Shown here piece after piece: positions 13,246-21,754 of a stretch of DNA of 56,428 nt. Origin of the DNA: an uncultured Cellvibrionales bacterium (GTDB lineage: Bacteria > Pseudomonadota > Gammaproteobacteria > Pseudomonadales > UBA7239). The stretch covers positions 1-56,428 of the forward strand of contig CALMIC010000236.1 in the NCBI GenBank assembly GCA_937864065.1. Reading direction: 5' to 3'. The translations under genes and the position numbers were made by a program. The stretch's first letter is position 1; every line of letters starts with the position of its first letter. A model generated the notes under the pieces. That model saw only the letters and a list, made by a program, of their open reading frames with translations, did not search any database and was not told the DNA's origin.

Positions 13246-13862
13246 GTGGGGTGCCGCTGATCCTGCCCGAAGTGCAGGCGGCCATTCTCGCCGGCGGCGA
13301 AAGCCGGCGCATGGGCCGGCCGAAGCTGTTGCTCGACTTCCGTGGCAATTCGTTCATCGCCCACCTGCTGCTGCAGTTGCAGCAGCAGGTCAACAGCGTG
13401 ATGATTGCCGGCGCGCCGGACCCGCGCCAGCTCGCTGACCTCGGCATCGACGTGTTGCCGGATGCCGTGGCGGACTGCGGCCCGCTGGGCGGCATGGCCA
13501 CAGCACTGGCCCACGCACGCCGCGACTGGTTGCTGGTCGCCCCTTGCGACAATCCGGTGCTGCCCCCTGATTATGCCGCGCGCCTGTTGCAGGCCGCCCG
13601 CGAGCGGCAGGCGGCATTGGCCTATGTGCGCAAGCAGGGCCGTGAACAGCCTTTGTATGCCATCGTGCGCCGCGAGCTGCTGGCCAGCCTGCAGGCCTAC
13701 CTGGCCGGCGGCGCCCGCAAGGTGTTGCCGTGGTACGAATCGGTCGGTGCCGTGGCGCTGGACTGGGACGATGCCGGCCTCGCGTTCACCAACATCAATA
13801 CGCCCGACGAGTACGCCGCTTTCCTCGCCGCAGCACAGGCCGGCGGGAGTGCTGTGCTATGA
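13242..13862 (+). CDS. mobA: Molybdenum cofactor guanylyltransferase MobA
   Basis: 206 aa with the [10 protein letters not shown] and PCDNP motifs. Its ATG overlaps the hydrolase stop (ATGA). Confidence 0.85.
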   Translation: MSGVPLILPEVQAAILAGGESRRMGRPKLLLDFRGNSFIAHLLLQLQQQVNSVMIAGAPDPRQLADLGIDVLPDAVADCGPLGGMATALAHARRDWLLVAPCDNPVLPPDYAARLLQAARERQAALAYVRKQGREQPLYAIVRRELLASLQAYLAGGARKVLPWYESVGAVALDWDDAGLAFTNINTPDEYAAFLAAAQAGGSAVL

Positions 13863-13905
13863 TGCGCGCCCGACTGATTTGTCAGGTTTGTCCGGAGCCA
13901 CTGCC

Positions 13906-14091
13906 ATGATTGACGAAAAACTGCTCGCCATCCTCGTGTGCCCGGTCAGCAAGGCGGCGCTGGTGTACGACGAGGCCAAACAGGAACTGCTCTGCAAGGC
14001 CAGTGGGCTGGCCTACCCGGTGCGCGATGGCATCCCGGTGATGCTGGAAGAGGAAGCGCGACCGATGACCGAGGAAGAAAAAAGCCGCTGA
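13906..14091 (+). CDS. Trm112/YcaR-family small protein (UPF0434)
   Basis: 61 aa from the internal ATG at 13906 of ORF 13405-14091: [53 protein letters not shown]. The upstream part of the listed ORF overlaps mobA in another frame. Confidence 0.8.
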   Translation: MIDEKLLAILVCPVSKAALVYDEAKQELLCKASGLAYPVRDGIPVMLEEEARPMTEEEKSR

Positions 14092-14106
14092 AGAGCGGCT
14101 TTTTTG
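14081..14106 (+). terminator. Rho-independent terminator
   Basis: Stem AAAGCCGCT / AGCGGCTTT with loop GAAG, followed by a T-run. It overlaps the stop codon of the preceding gene. Confidence 0.7.
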
Positions 14107-14218
14107 TGCCTGCGTTTCACCCAGATGGTCGCCTCGTTGTCAAGCTTGCACCCCCATGGGGATGGGAGTAGGGTTCGCTTCCAGTCAAATGCCGCCAAGG
14201 CACTGGAGAAGGGCGCAA

Positions 14219-15424
14219 ATGGCCGATACCCCCGCCAAGGTACCGTCGACGATCCTGCTGGTGGACGATGACGCGATGGTGCGCCAGAGCGTGGCGGCCT
14301 TCCTCGAAGACAGTGGCTATGTGGTCCACCAAGCCGCGGATGGCATCGGCGCCCTGGCAGCTTTCCGCAGCGACCCGCCATCCCTCATCGTCACCGACCT
14401 CAAAATGCCGCGCATGGATGGCCTTGCCCTGTTGCGCGAGATTGCCGCCAGCGAGCAGCCGGTGCCGGTCATCGTGATGTCCGGGGCGGGCAGCATGCAG
14501 GATGTCGTTGAGGCCCTGCGCTACGGCGCCGCCGATTACCTCGTGAAGCCGATTGTCGACCTGCACGTGCTGCAACACGCAGTCGACAAATGCCTCGAGC
14601 GCGTGCGCCTGCTCGAGCAGAACCGCCTCTACCGCGAGCAGCTTGAACGGGCGAACCGCGAGATGGCGCGCTACCTTGCCCTGCTCGAACAGGACCAGCA
14701 GGCCGGCCGCCAGCTGCAGCTGAAGCTGTTCCCGCAGCAGGACCTGCAGGCCGGCCCCTACCGTTTCTCGCACCGTATCGTGCCGTCGCTGTACCTCAGT
14801 GGCGATTTCCTCGAATACGCCGGCTACGGTGATGAGCTGCTGAGCTTCTATCTGGCGGATGTGTCCGGCCATGGCGTCTCGTCGGCCTTTGTCACTGCCC
14901 TGTTGCGCCATTTCTCGCTCAACGTGTTCCGCGAGACGCGCCAGGCGGCCCTGCAGGGGCGTGAGTCGCCGTACCCGTCGCCGGCAGCGGTACTGGGTTA
15001 CTACAACCGCGAGCTCATTGCCGCCGGTATCGACAAGCACGTGACGATGTTCATGGCCGTGCTGGATCGCAACAGCAACAGCATGATCTACAGCGTGGCT
15101 GGCCATCTGCCGATGCCGATCCTCGCGTCTGGCGATGATGTGCACTATCTTGAAGGCAGTGGCATGCCGATAGGCATCCTGCGTGAGGCGCACTATGAAA
15201 ACTACATGGTGCAGTTGCCGGACACTTTCACGTTGCTGCTGTGTTCCGACGGTGTGCTGGAAATCGTGCCCGCCCGTGACCTGATCGGCAAGGAGGCGAG
15301 GCTACTCGAGCTGGTGCGTGCCAGTGACCGCACCCAGCGCGGTATCGAGCAACAACTGGCCATGGATGAGGTCAGCGATGCCCCGGACGACATCGCTATC
15401 ATGACGCTGGTGAAGACTGCATGA
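14219..15424 (+). CDS. Response regulator with receiver plus PP2C/SpoIIE phosphatase domain (RssB-like)
   Basis: ORF 14156-15424, with the ATG at 14219 after GGAGAAGG. The receiver reads ILLVDDD...LIVTDLKMPRMDG. The PP2C region reads YLSGDFLEY...FYLADVSGHGVSSAF...DDIAIMTL. Confidence 0.85.
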   Translation: MADTPAKVPSTILLVDDDAMVRQSVAAFLEDSGYVVHQAADGIGALAAFRSDPPSLIVTDLKMPRMDGLALLREIAASEQPVPVIVMSGAGSMQDVVEALRYGAADYLVKPIVDLHVLQHAVDKCLERVRLLEQNRLYREQLERANREMARYLALLEQDQQAGRQLQLKLFPQQDLQAGPYRFSHRIVPSLYLSGDFLEYAGYGDELLSFYLADVSGHGVSSAFVTALLRHFSLNVFRETRQAALQGRESPYPSPAAVLGYYNRELIAAGIDKHVTMFMAVLDRNSNSMIYSVAGHLPMPILASGDDVHYLEGSGMPIGILREAHYENYMVQLPDTFTLLLCSDGVLEIVPARDLIGKEARLLELVRASDRTQRGIEQQLAMDEVSDAPDDIAIMTLVKTA

Positions 15425-15466
15425 GTGCGGTGGCCGGCATGACTATCCTTGCGAGACAGGTGTGAG

Positions 15467-15949
15467 ATGGAAGGACGAGTGCTGGTAGCCGAACAAGACG
15501 GCATCTATGTGCTGAAACTGGTAGGCGATGTGCGTCTGACGCTGTCGTCGACCATTGACCAGTTTGTCGAGCGCATGTTCGCCTGTGTGGTGTGCAAGTC
15601 GGTCATTGTCGACCTCACCGAGACCGAGGGTCTCGACAGCACCACGCTGGGCATGCTGGCCAAGATGGCGCTGTTCGTGCGCAAGAACCTGCATGTGCGC
15701 CCTCTGGCTGTCAGCGACAACGACAGCATCATCCGCCTGCTGACCAGCATGGGCTTCGAGCAGATCTTCGACATCCAGCGCACGCGCGAGGTGGCGGCCG
15801 TCGCGGACTGCGAGCTGCAGGCGGCAACGCTGGACGAGAAGGCCGCCCGCGAGAAGGTGCTGCAGGCCCACCAGGTGCTGATGACACTGAACCAGAAGAA
15901 CCGCGAGACCTTCAAGGAACTGGTCGATACCCTCTGCAAGGGCTGCTGA
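15467..15949 (+). CDS. STAS-domain anti-sigma-factor-antagonist-like protein (RssC-like)
   Basis: The ATG at 15467 follows AGGTG (the track starts at TTG 15449). VIVDLTETEGLDSTTLGMLAKM is the STAS phospho-Ser loop, and it is followed by a ~45-aa helical tail. Confidence 0.8.
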   Translation: MEGRVLVAEQDGIYVLKLVGDVRLTLSSTIDQFVERMFACVVCKSVIVDLTETEGLDSTTLGMLAKMALFVRKNLHVRPLAVSDNDSIIRLLTSMGFEQIFDIQRTREVAAVADCELQAATLDEKAAREKVLQAHQVLMTLNQKNRETFKELVDTLCKGC

Positions 15950-16014
15950 GCGTAGCCAACCCTGCTGTTTTTCGGTAACGTGCGCGGCTGGTTTTGCACA
16001 GCCTCCAGGCCCGT

Positions 16015-17157
16015 ATGTCTGCATCCGATACCCGTTTTGACGATATCCGCCCCTACCGCGACAGCGAGGTGCCTGCCGTGTTGGCCCGCGTGCTGGCCGA
16101 CCCGGAGTTGCTCGGCGCGCTGGCGCGCTTCCGCTTCCCGGCACTGCCCGGCTGGGCGCTGGCCGGGCTGAAGCCCGTGGTGGCCTGGCTGCTGCGGCGC
16201 CAGACGCGCAGCGTGGTCGATGTGAAAAGCTTCCAGGCAGTGGTCGAGCATTACATGAAGCAGATGATCGACAGCACCACGACCGCGCTGACGGTGTCTG
16301 GCCTGGAGCAGCTCGACCGCAACCATGCCTACCTGTTTGTCAGCAACCACCGCGACATCGCGATGGATCCCGCTTTCGTCAACTGGGTGCTGTGGCACAA
16401 CGGCATGGACACGGTGCGCATTGCCATTGGCGACAACCTGCTGACCAAGCCGTTCGCGTCTGACCTGATGCGCCTTAACAAGAGTTTCCTCGTGCGGCGC
16501 GGCGAAACAGCGCCGAAAAAGATCTACGCCGCACTGAAGCAGCTGTCGGCCTATATCCACCATTCGGTAGTGAATGAAAAGGCCTCCGTGTGGATTGCGC
16601 AGCGCGAAGGGCGCGCGAAGGACGGCCTCGACCGCACCGAGGAAGCCATCATCAAGATGTTCGCGATGAGCAAGCCGAAGGAACAGCCATTTGCCGATTT
16701 CATCCGCGAGCTGAACATCGTGCCGGTTGCCATCTCGTACGAGTGGGACCCGTGCGATGTCGCCAAGGCGCGCGAGCTGTACCACAAGGCCGAGCACGGC
16801 AGTTACCAGAAAGATACGCACGAGGACGTGCAGAGCATCGCGGCCGGCATAGCCGGGCACAAGGGCCGGGTGCATGTCAGTTTCGGCGAGGTGCTGCGCG
16901 CAGATTTTGCCGATGCCGAGGCGGTGGTGCGCGAGATAGACCGCCAGGTCATCTGCCAGTACCGCCTGTTCCCGAGCAACTACCTGGCCTATGCCGAGCA
17001 GGGCCATGTCTGCGCCGATGTCGATGCCCGCAGCACCACCGAGGAACAGCGCCAGTTCGACGAGCGCCTCACGCAATGCCCGCCGGAATACCGCCCCTAC
17101 TGGCTGGCGATGTATGCCAACCCGCTGCACAGCGTGCGCGAGCGGCAGGCCTCCTGA
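16015..17157 (+). CDS. PlsC-family (lysophospholipid/glycerol) acyltransferase, ~380 aa
   Basis: ORF 15994-17157 (TTG); ATG at 16015. The acyltransferase HX4D motif is present in FVSNHRDIAMDP, along with an EGR motif (IAQREGRAKDG). Confidence 0.75.
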   Translation: MSASDTRFDDIRPYRDSEVPAVLARVLADPELLGALARFRFPALPGWALAGLKPVVAWLLRRQTRSVVDVKSFQAVVEHYMKQMIDSTTTALTVSGLEQLDRNHAYLFVSNHRDIAMDPAFVNWVLWHNGMDTVRIAIGDNLLTKPFASDLMRLNKSFLVRRGETAPKKIYAALKQLSAYIHHSVVNEKASVWIAQREGRAKDGLDRTEEAIIKMFAMSKPKEQPFADFIRELNIVPVAISYEWDPCDVAKARELYHKAEHGSYQKDTHEDVQSIAAGIAGHKGRVHVSFGEVLRADFADAEAVVREIDRQVICQYRLFPSNYLAYAEQGHVCADVDARSTTEEQRQFDERLTQCPPEYRPYWLAMYANPLHSVRERQAS

Positions 17158-17236
17158 CAGTGCGGAACTTTTGCGGCGCTGCCGCGCTCATAGCAGCCGG
17201 TTTGGCCACCCTGTATTCATTAACGGAAGACTGAAC

Positions 17237-17953
17237 ATGATCCAGGTTGAAAACCTCACGCGGCAGTTCGGTGCCTTCACCGCTGTCGACAATCTCAGCT
17301 TCACGGTCGCGCCCGGCGAGGTACTCGGTTTCCTCGGCCCGAACGGTGCCGGCAAGTCCACCACGATGAAAATGCTCACGGGCTTCTTGCGCCCGACCAG
17401 TGGCCGTGTGCTGGTCTTCGGCCATGACATGTGGCAAGACCCGCTGCCGGCCAAGGCGCAACTCGGCTACCTGCCGGAAGGCGCGCCGAGCTATGGCGAG
17501 ATGACGGTGTGCGGCTTCCTCGCCTTCATCGCCGCCGTGCGCGGCTTGCGCGGTGCCGAGCAGCAGCGCGCCGTTGGCGCCGCTGCCGAGAAAGCGGCGC
17601 TGGGCGAGGTGATGTACCAGACCATCGAGACATTGTCGAAAGGCTACCGCCGCCGCGTCGGCCTGGCGCAGGCCATCCTGCATGACCCGCGGGTGCTTAT
17701 CCTCGACGAGCCTACCGATGGCCTAGACCCGAACCAGAAACACCATGTGCGCGAGCTGATCCGCAACCTGTCGCAGGACAAGCTCGTGATCGTCTCCACC
17801 CACATCCTCGAGGAAGTCGCTGCCGTGTGCAGCCGCGCGATGATCATCGCGCGCGGCAAGCTGCTGGTCGACGAGACGCCGGCACAACTGGCGGCCCGTG
17901 CGCCCAGTGGCAAGCTCGACGATGTGTTCCGTGCCCTGACGGGAGGTGTGTGA
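17237..17953 (+). CDS. ABC transporter ATP-binding protein (ABC-2/GldA-like)
   Basis: Internal ATG at 17237 of ORF 16991-17953: MIQVENLTRQFG... Walker A GPNGAGKST, signature LSKGYRRRVGLA and Walker B ILILDEPTDGLD are all present. Confidence 0.9.
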   Translation: MIQVENLTRQFGAFTAVDNLSFTVAPGEVLGFLGPNGAGKSTTMKMLTGFLRPTSGRVLVFGHDMWQDPLPAKAQLGYLPEGAPSYGEMTVCGFLAFIAAVRGLRGAEQQRAVGAAAEKAALGEVMYQTIETLSKGYRRRVGLAQAILHDPRVLILDEPTDGLDPNQKHHVRELIRNLSQDKLVIVSTHILEEVAAVCSRAMIIARGKLLVDETPAQLAARAPSGKLDDVFRALTGGV

Positions 17954-18687
17954 TGTCGCCATTGCTGATCGTTGCCCGCCGCGAGTGGAATGCCTATTTC
18001 GCCACGCCGCTGGCCTATGTATTCCTCGTGGTGTTCCTGATGCTGTGCGGATTCGCCACCTTCGAACTCGGCAGTTTCTACCAGCGCAACCAGGCAGACC
18101 TCGAAGCGTTCTTTGCCTACCACCCGTGGCTGTACCTGTTCCTGGTGCCGGCGATTGCGATGCGCATCTGGGCCGAGGAGCGTAGGAGCGGTTCCATCGA
18201 GCTGCTGCTGACGCTGCCGCTGACGCTGCGCACGACGGTGCTCGCGAAATTCCTGGCGGCTTGGCTGTTCATTGCGCTGGCGCTGGCGCTGACTTTCCCG
18301 GTGTGGCTCACCGTCAATTACCTCGGTGAACCGGATAACGGCGCGATCCTCGCCGCCTATCTCGGCAGCTGGTTGATGGCCGGTGCGTTCCTGTCGATTG
18401 GCTGCTGCCTGTCGGCAGCTAGCAAAAGCCAGGTAATCGCGTTTGTGTTGACGGTCAGTGTGTGTTTCCTGTTCGTGCTGCTCGGCCTGCCGCAACTGCT
18501 CAACAGCCTCAATGGCGTGCTGCCGCAGCTGCTGGTCGATGCGATTGCCCAGCTCAGCCTGCTGACGCATTTCGATGCGATTTCACGTGGCGTGCTCGAC
18601 CTGCGCGACCTGCTGTTCTACCTGTTGTTCATTGCCTGCTGGCTGATGGCTACGGCTATCGTCATCGACCAGAAAAAAGCGGAATGA
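17953..18687 (+). CDS. ABC-2 type permease (GldF-like)
   Basis: The ATG at 17953 overlaps the ATPase stop (TGATG). 244 aa with about 6 hydrophobic segments: MSPLLIVARREWNAYFATPLAYVFLVVF... Confidence 0.8.
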   Translation: MSPLLIVARREWNAYFATPLAYVFLVVFLMLCGFATFELGSFYQRNQADLEAFFAYHPWLYLFLVPAIAMRIWAEERRSGSIELLLTLPLTLRTTVLAKFLAAWLFIALALALTFPVWLTVNYLGEPDNGAILAAYLGSWLMAGAFLSIGCCLSAASKSQVIAFVLTVSVCFLFVLLGLPQLLNSLNGVLPQLLVDAIAQLSLLTHFDAISRGVLDLRDLLFYLLFIACWLMATAIVIDQKKAE

Positions 18688-18694
18688 GGTGCCT

Positions 18695-20581
18695 ATGACT
18701 GCTGCAAGCAATTCCCGCGAATGGTTGCGCACACTGTCGTCCGGTGCCGGGCTGGCGCTGCTGGCCGTGGTGCTGCTGGGTGGTGTTGCGCTGTTGTCGA
18801 CCATGGACCAGTGGCGCATCGACCTGACCGAGGGCAAGCTCTACACCCTGTCGCAAGGCAGCCGCAACATTATCGGCAACATCAGTGGTGAACCCGTCAC
18901 CCTGACGCTGTATTTCTCTGAAAAACAGGCGCGCGATATCCCCGTGCTGCGCAATTACGCGCGCCGCGTGGAAGAAATGTTGCGTGAGTACGAAAGGGTT
19001 GCAGACGGCAAACTGGTACTTGAGATCATGCACCCCGAAGTCTATTCGGAGGAGGAAGACGCCGCTGCTGCTGCCGGGTTGCAAGGTATCCCGAACGGGC
19101 AGGGTGAAACGCTCTATCTCGGCCTGGTCGGCCGCCATGGTGACAAGCAGGAAACCATCGCCTTCTTTAATCCGCAGAAAGAAAACGTGCTGGAGTACGA
19201 CATCAGCCAGCTCGTCTACCGCCTGAGCCGACCGGCGCCGGTCACCATCGGTGTCATCAGTGGCCTGCCGGTGTTCCGCAGCATGGATTACAAGACCAAC
19301 CGGCCGCGTCCCGCCTGGCTGATCACTGACCAGGTGATGAAGCTGTTCGATATCCGCCGCCAGATCGATCCCGCGGTCGACAAGATCGATGACGACCTCA
19401 ACCTGCTGCTGGTGATCCACCCGAACATGTTGCCGGAAAAGACGCTGTTCGCCATTGACCAGTTCGTCATGCGCGGTGGCAAGTTGCTGGTGTTTGTTGA
19501 TCCCTACGCCGAGCAGGATGACAGCGACGCTACGCTGATGGCCGGCTTCGTTGACCGCAGCTCCAGCCTCGACCAGCTGTTTGCCGCCTGGGGCGTGGAC
19601 TATGACCCGAAGAAGGTCGTGCTCGATCTCGGTTTCGCCCACAACATCCCGTATGAACCGGGTGGGCGGGAAGTGCCGCATGTCGGCGTGCTGGGACTGG
19701 AAGGCGATGCCATCAACCGCGAGCAGAACGTCATCGCCGAGCTGGAAAACATCAACATCGCCTCCGCCGGCGCATTGTCGCAAAGGCCGGGCAGCAGCAC
19801 CCAGTTCATCCCGCTGCTGCATTCGAGTGACCGCACGCAGCTGATGGATACGGAGGCCTACAGTATGGCCGGCCGCCACGACGAACTGTTGCGCAAGATG
19901 CAGCCCGGCAACCAGCGCTACCATTATGCCGCGCTGGTCAGTGGGCCTGTGAAGAGCGCGTTCCCGAATGGCAAGCCCGCCACCAGCGGCTATGCCGACC
20001 CAGTGCTCACTGAAGCGAAACAGCCGTTGCAGATGATCGTGGTGGCAGACACCGATGTACTGAGTGACCGTATGTGGGTCGAGCGGCAGGATTTCTTCGG
20101 CCAGGTGATGGCGACACCGTTTGCCGCCAATGGTGACATGCTGGTCAACATGATCGATGCCCTCGGTGGCAGTGCCGACCTGATCAGCCTGCGCAGCCGC
20201 GGCACCTACCAGCGCCCGTTCACGCGTGTTGACGAACTGGAGAAGGCAGCCAGCACGCGTTTGCGGGAACAGGAAGAAGCGTTGACCCGTGCGCTGTCCG
20301 AGACCGAGCGCAAGATCAGCGAACTCAGCCAGCCGGCAAAAAATGCTGACGACATGACATTGGAATTGTCACCGGAAGTGAAGGCCGAGATTGCCAATTT
20401 CCAGCAGCAGAAACTGCAGATCCGCAAGAACCTGCGCGAGGTGCAGCGCGAACTGAACCGCGATGTCGAGCAACTGGGCATGGTGCTGAAAGTGATCAAC
20501 ATCGCTGCCGTGCCGGCCTTACTGACCGTGCTGGCGCTCGTGCTGTCGTTCGTGCGCAGTCGCCGGGCGCGACGTGGTTGA
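18695..20581 (+). CDS. GldG-like auxiliary component of the ABC-2 transporter
   Basis: About 628 aa, with N- and C-terminal TM anchors (GLALLAVVLLGGVALL; AAVPALLTVLALVLSF) flanking a large soluble domain and a C-proximal coiled coil. This is the usual GldG architecture and position. Confidence 0.7.
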   Translation: MTAASNSREWLRTLSSGAGLALLAVVLLGGVALLSTMDQWRIDLTEGKLYTLSQGSRNIIGNISGEPVTLTLYFSEKQARDIPVLRNYARRVEEMLREYERVADGKLVLEIMHPEVYSEEEDAAAAAGLQGIPNGQGETLYLGLVGRHGDKQETIAFFNPQKENVLEYDISQLVYRLSRPAPVTIGVISGLPVFRSMDYKTNRPRPAWLITDQVMKLFDIRRQIDPAVDKIDDDLNLLLVIHPNMLPEKTLFAIDQFVMRGGKLLVFVDPYAEQDDSDATLMAGFVDRSSSLDQLFAAWGVDYDPKKVVLDLGFAHNIPYEPGGREVPHVGVLGLEGDAINREQNVIAELENINIASAGALSQRPGSSTQFIPLLHSSDRTQLMDTEAYSMAGRHDELLRKMQPGNQRYHYAALVSGPVKSAFPNGKPATSGYADPVLTEAKQPLQMIVVADTDVLSDRMWVERQDFFGQVMATPFAANGDMLVNMIDALGGSADLISLRSRGTYQRPFTRVDELEKAASTRLREQEEALTRALSETERKISELSQPAKNADDMTLELSPEVKAEIANFQQQKLQIRKNLREVQRELNRDVEQLGMVLKVINIAAVPALLTVLALVLSFVRSRRARRG

Positions 20582-21281
20582 GCAACTGGTAGCACAGGCT
20601 GCCAGTGCCGGCTGGGAACTGGTGAACGAGCCGGAAGGCTGGATGTTGCGGCAGGGCAAGAGCCGGATTGCCGTCGATTTCACCGGCGGCAGCAATCACC
20701 ACCGCCGACTGCACGGCGGCGGTCGCGGCCAGCCGGTAGCGAAGGCTGTCGGCCTGAAAGCCGGCAACATCGTCCCGTCGGTGCTGGATTGCACGGCCGG
20801 TCTCGGCCGCGATGCGTTCGTGCTGGCCTCGCTCGGTTGTCGTGTGCAACTGTGTGAACGCTCGCCGCTGGTGCAGCTGTTGTTGCAGGATGGCTTGCGG
20901 CGTGCTGCGGCGAGCGACGATACCGGCTTGCGCGAGACCATCGCGCGAATGGTGCTGCTGCCCGGTGATGCGGTCGCACAGATGGCGGCACTGGCGGAGA
21001 CGGATCGCCCGGACGTGGTGTTCCTCGACCCGATGTTTCCGGAACGCCGCAAAGCCTCGGCAGCCGTGAAAAAGGACATGGCGGCTTTCCACGCACTCGT
21101 GGGTGCCGATGAAGACGCCGATATGCTGTTGCCGCTCGCCCTGCAGCTGGCGCGTTATCGTGTGGTGGTCAAGCGTCCGCGCCACGCGCCACACCTCGCC
21201 GGGATCAAACCGGGCCTGGTGCAGGAAGGCGAGTCGACGCGCTTCGATATCTACCCGTTGCGTAGCATGCAGCAGCCCTGA
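20574..21281 (+). CDS. rsmJ: 16S rRNA (guanine1516-N2)-methyltransferase RsmJ
   Basis: 235 aa from a GTG start. GGGRGQPVAKAVGLK...VLDCTAGLGRDAFVLASLGCRV...VVFLDPMFPERRKASAAVKKDM aligns with E. coli RsmJ (YhiQ). Confidence 0.85.
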   Translation: MVEQLVAQAASAGWELVNEPEGWMLRQGKSRIAVDFTGGSNHHRRLHGGGRGQPVAKAVGLKAGNIVPSVLDCTAGLGRDAFVLASLGCRVQLCERSPLVQLLLQDGLRRAAASDDTGLRETIARMVLLPGDAVAQMAALAETDRPDVVFLDPMFPERRKASAAVKKDMAAFHALVGADEDADMLLPLALQLARYRVVVKRPRHAPHLAGIKPGLVQEGESTRFDIYPLRSMQQP

Positions 21282-21288
21282 GCAGCGC

Positions 21289-21744
21289 CTAGCGCTGGCA
21301 ATATGCCGCGAGATCCAGTTCGAACACGCGCGCGTCCTCACGGCCGGCCAGTGCCGGGTAGTAATTCTTGCGCCGGCCTATCTCGACAAAGCCTTCCGCA
21401 GCATACAGCTGCAATGCCGGCTCGTTGGAGACGCGCACTTCCAGGAACACGCGCACAATGCTGCTATCGAGAGCCAGCAAGCTGTCGCGTAACAGCCGGC
21501 GGCCATGGCCATGGCCCTGCGCCGTCGGGATGATGGCGATGTTGAGCAGGGTGGCTTCGTCGAGCACACATTCGTAGATCGCAAAGCCGATGATCTCGCG
21601 CGCTTGCTCCAGCACGAAGCTGCGCAGGTGTGCCTGTTCCAGGCACCAGTAAAGGGTCGAGGCCGGCCACGGATAGAGGTGTGCCTGCTCCTCGATGAAC
21701 AGCAGGTCGTCGTAATCCTTCAGTGTGGCGCTGCGAAGTTTCAA
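21289..21744 (-). CDS. rimI: Ribosomal-protein-alanine N-acetyltransferase RimI
   Basis: GNAT fold with the acetyl-CoA loop QGHGHGRRLL and NEPALQLYAAEGF. The TTG at 21742-21744 gives 151 aa (E. coli RimI is 148 aa). The listed 181-aa ORF would overlap the upstream gene. Confidence 0.8.
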   Translation of the reverse strand: MKLRSATLKDYDDLLFIEEQAHLYPWPASTLYWCLEQAHLRSFVLEQAREIIGFAIYECVLDEATLLNIAIIPTAQGHGHGRRLLRDSLLALDSSIVRVFLEVRVSNEPALQLYAAEGFVEIGRRKNYYPALAGREDARVFELDLAAYCQR

Positions 21745-21754
21745 GACATTGTCT

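Noticed and set aside
13405-14091. 228-aa ORF suggesting a much longer YcaR/Trm112-like protein. Similar N-terminal over-extensions appear at 16991-17953, 25989-26609, 35600-36589, 37317-38606, 41980-43071, 45832-46536, 47542-48462, 50135-51301 and 51228-52739
   Set aside because: The upstream portions overlap neighbouring genes in other frames and have Arg/Pro/Ala-rich junk composition. Internal ATGs with SD-like sequences give products of canonical length.
15467-15949. Two STAS-domain proteins in one window (this one and MlaB at 43090-43395) as a possible duplicated module
   Set aside because: They share only the generic STAS fold pattern. Each sits in its own well-known context (partner-switch pair versus the mla operon).
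15505-17130. 541-aa minus-strand ORF. The same pattern appears at 17644-18570, 18662-19924, 28895-29998, 44504-45634, 52578-54047 and 54188-55285
   Set aside because: Each lies opposite a confidently identified gene (acyltransferase, ABC permease, GldG-like, obgE, DUF1631-like, rlmD, membrane protein) and shows no domain signature. I treat all of them as GC-bias artefacts rather than overlapping genes. Only Ribo-seq could overturn this.
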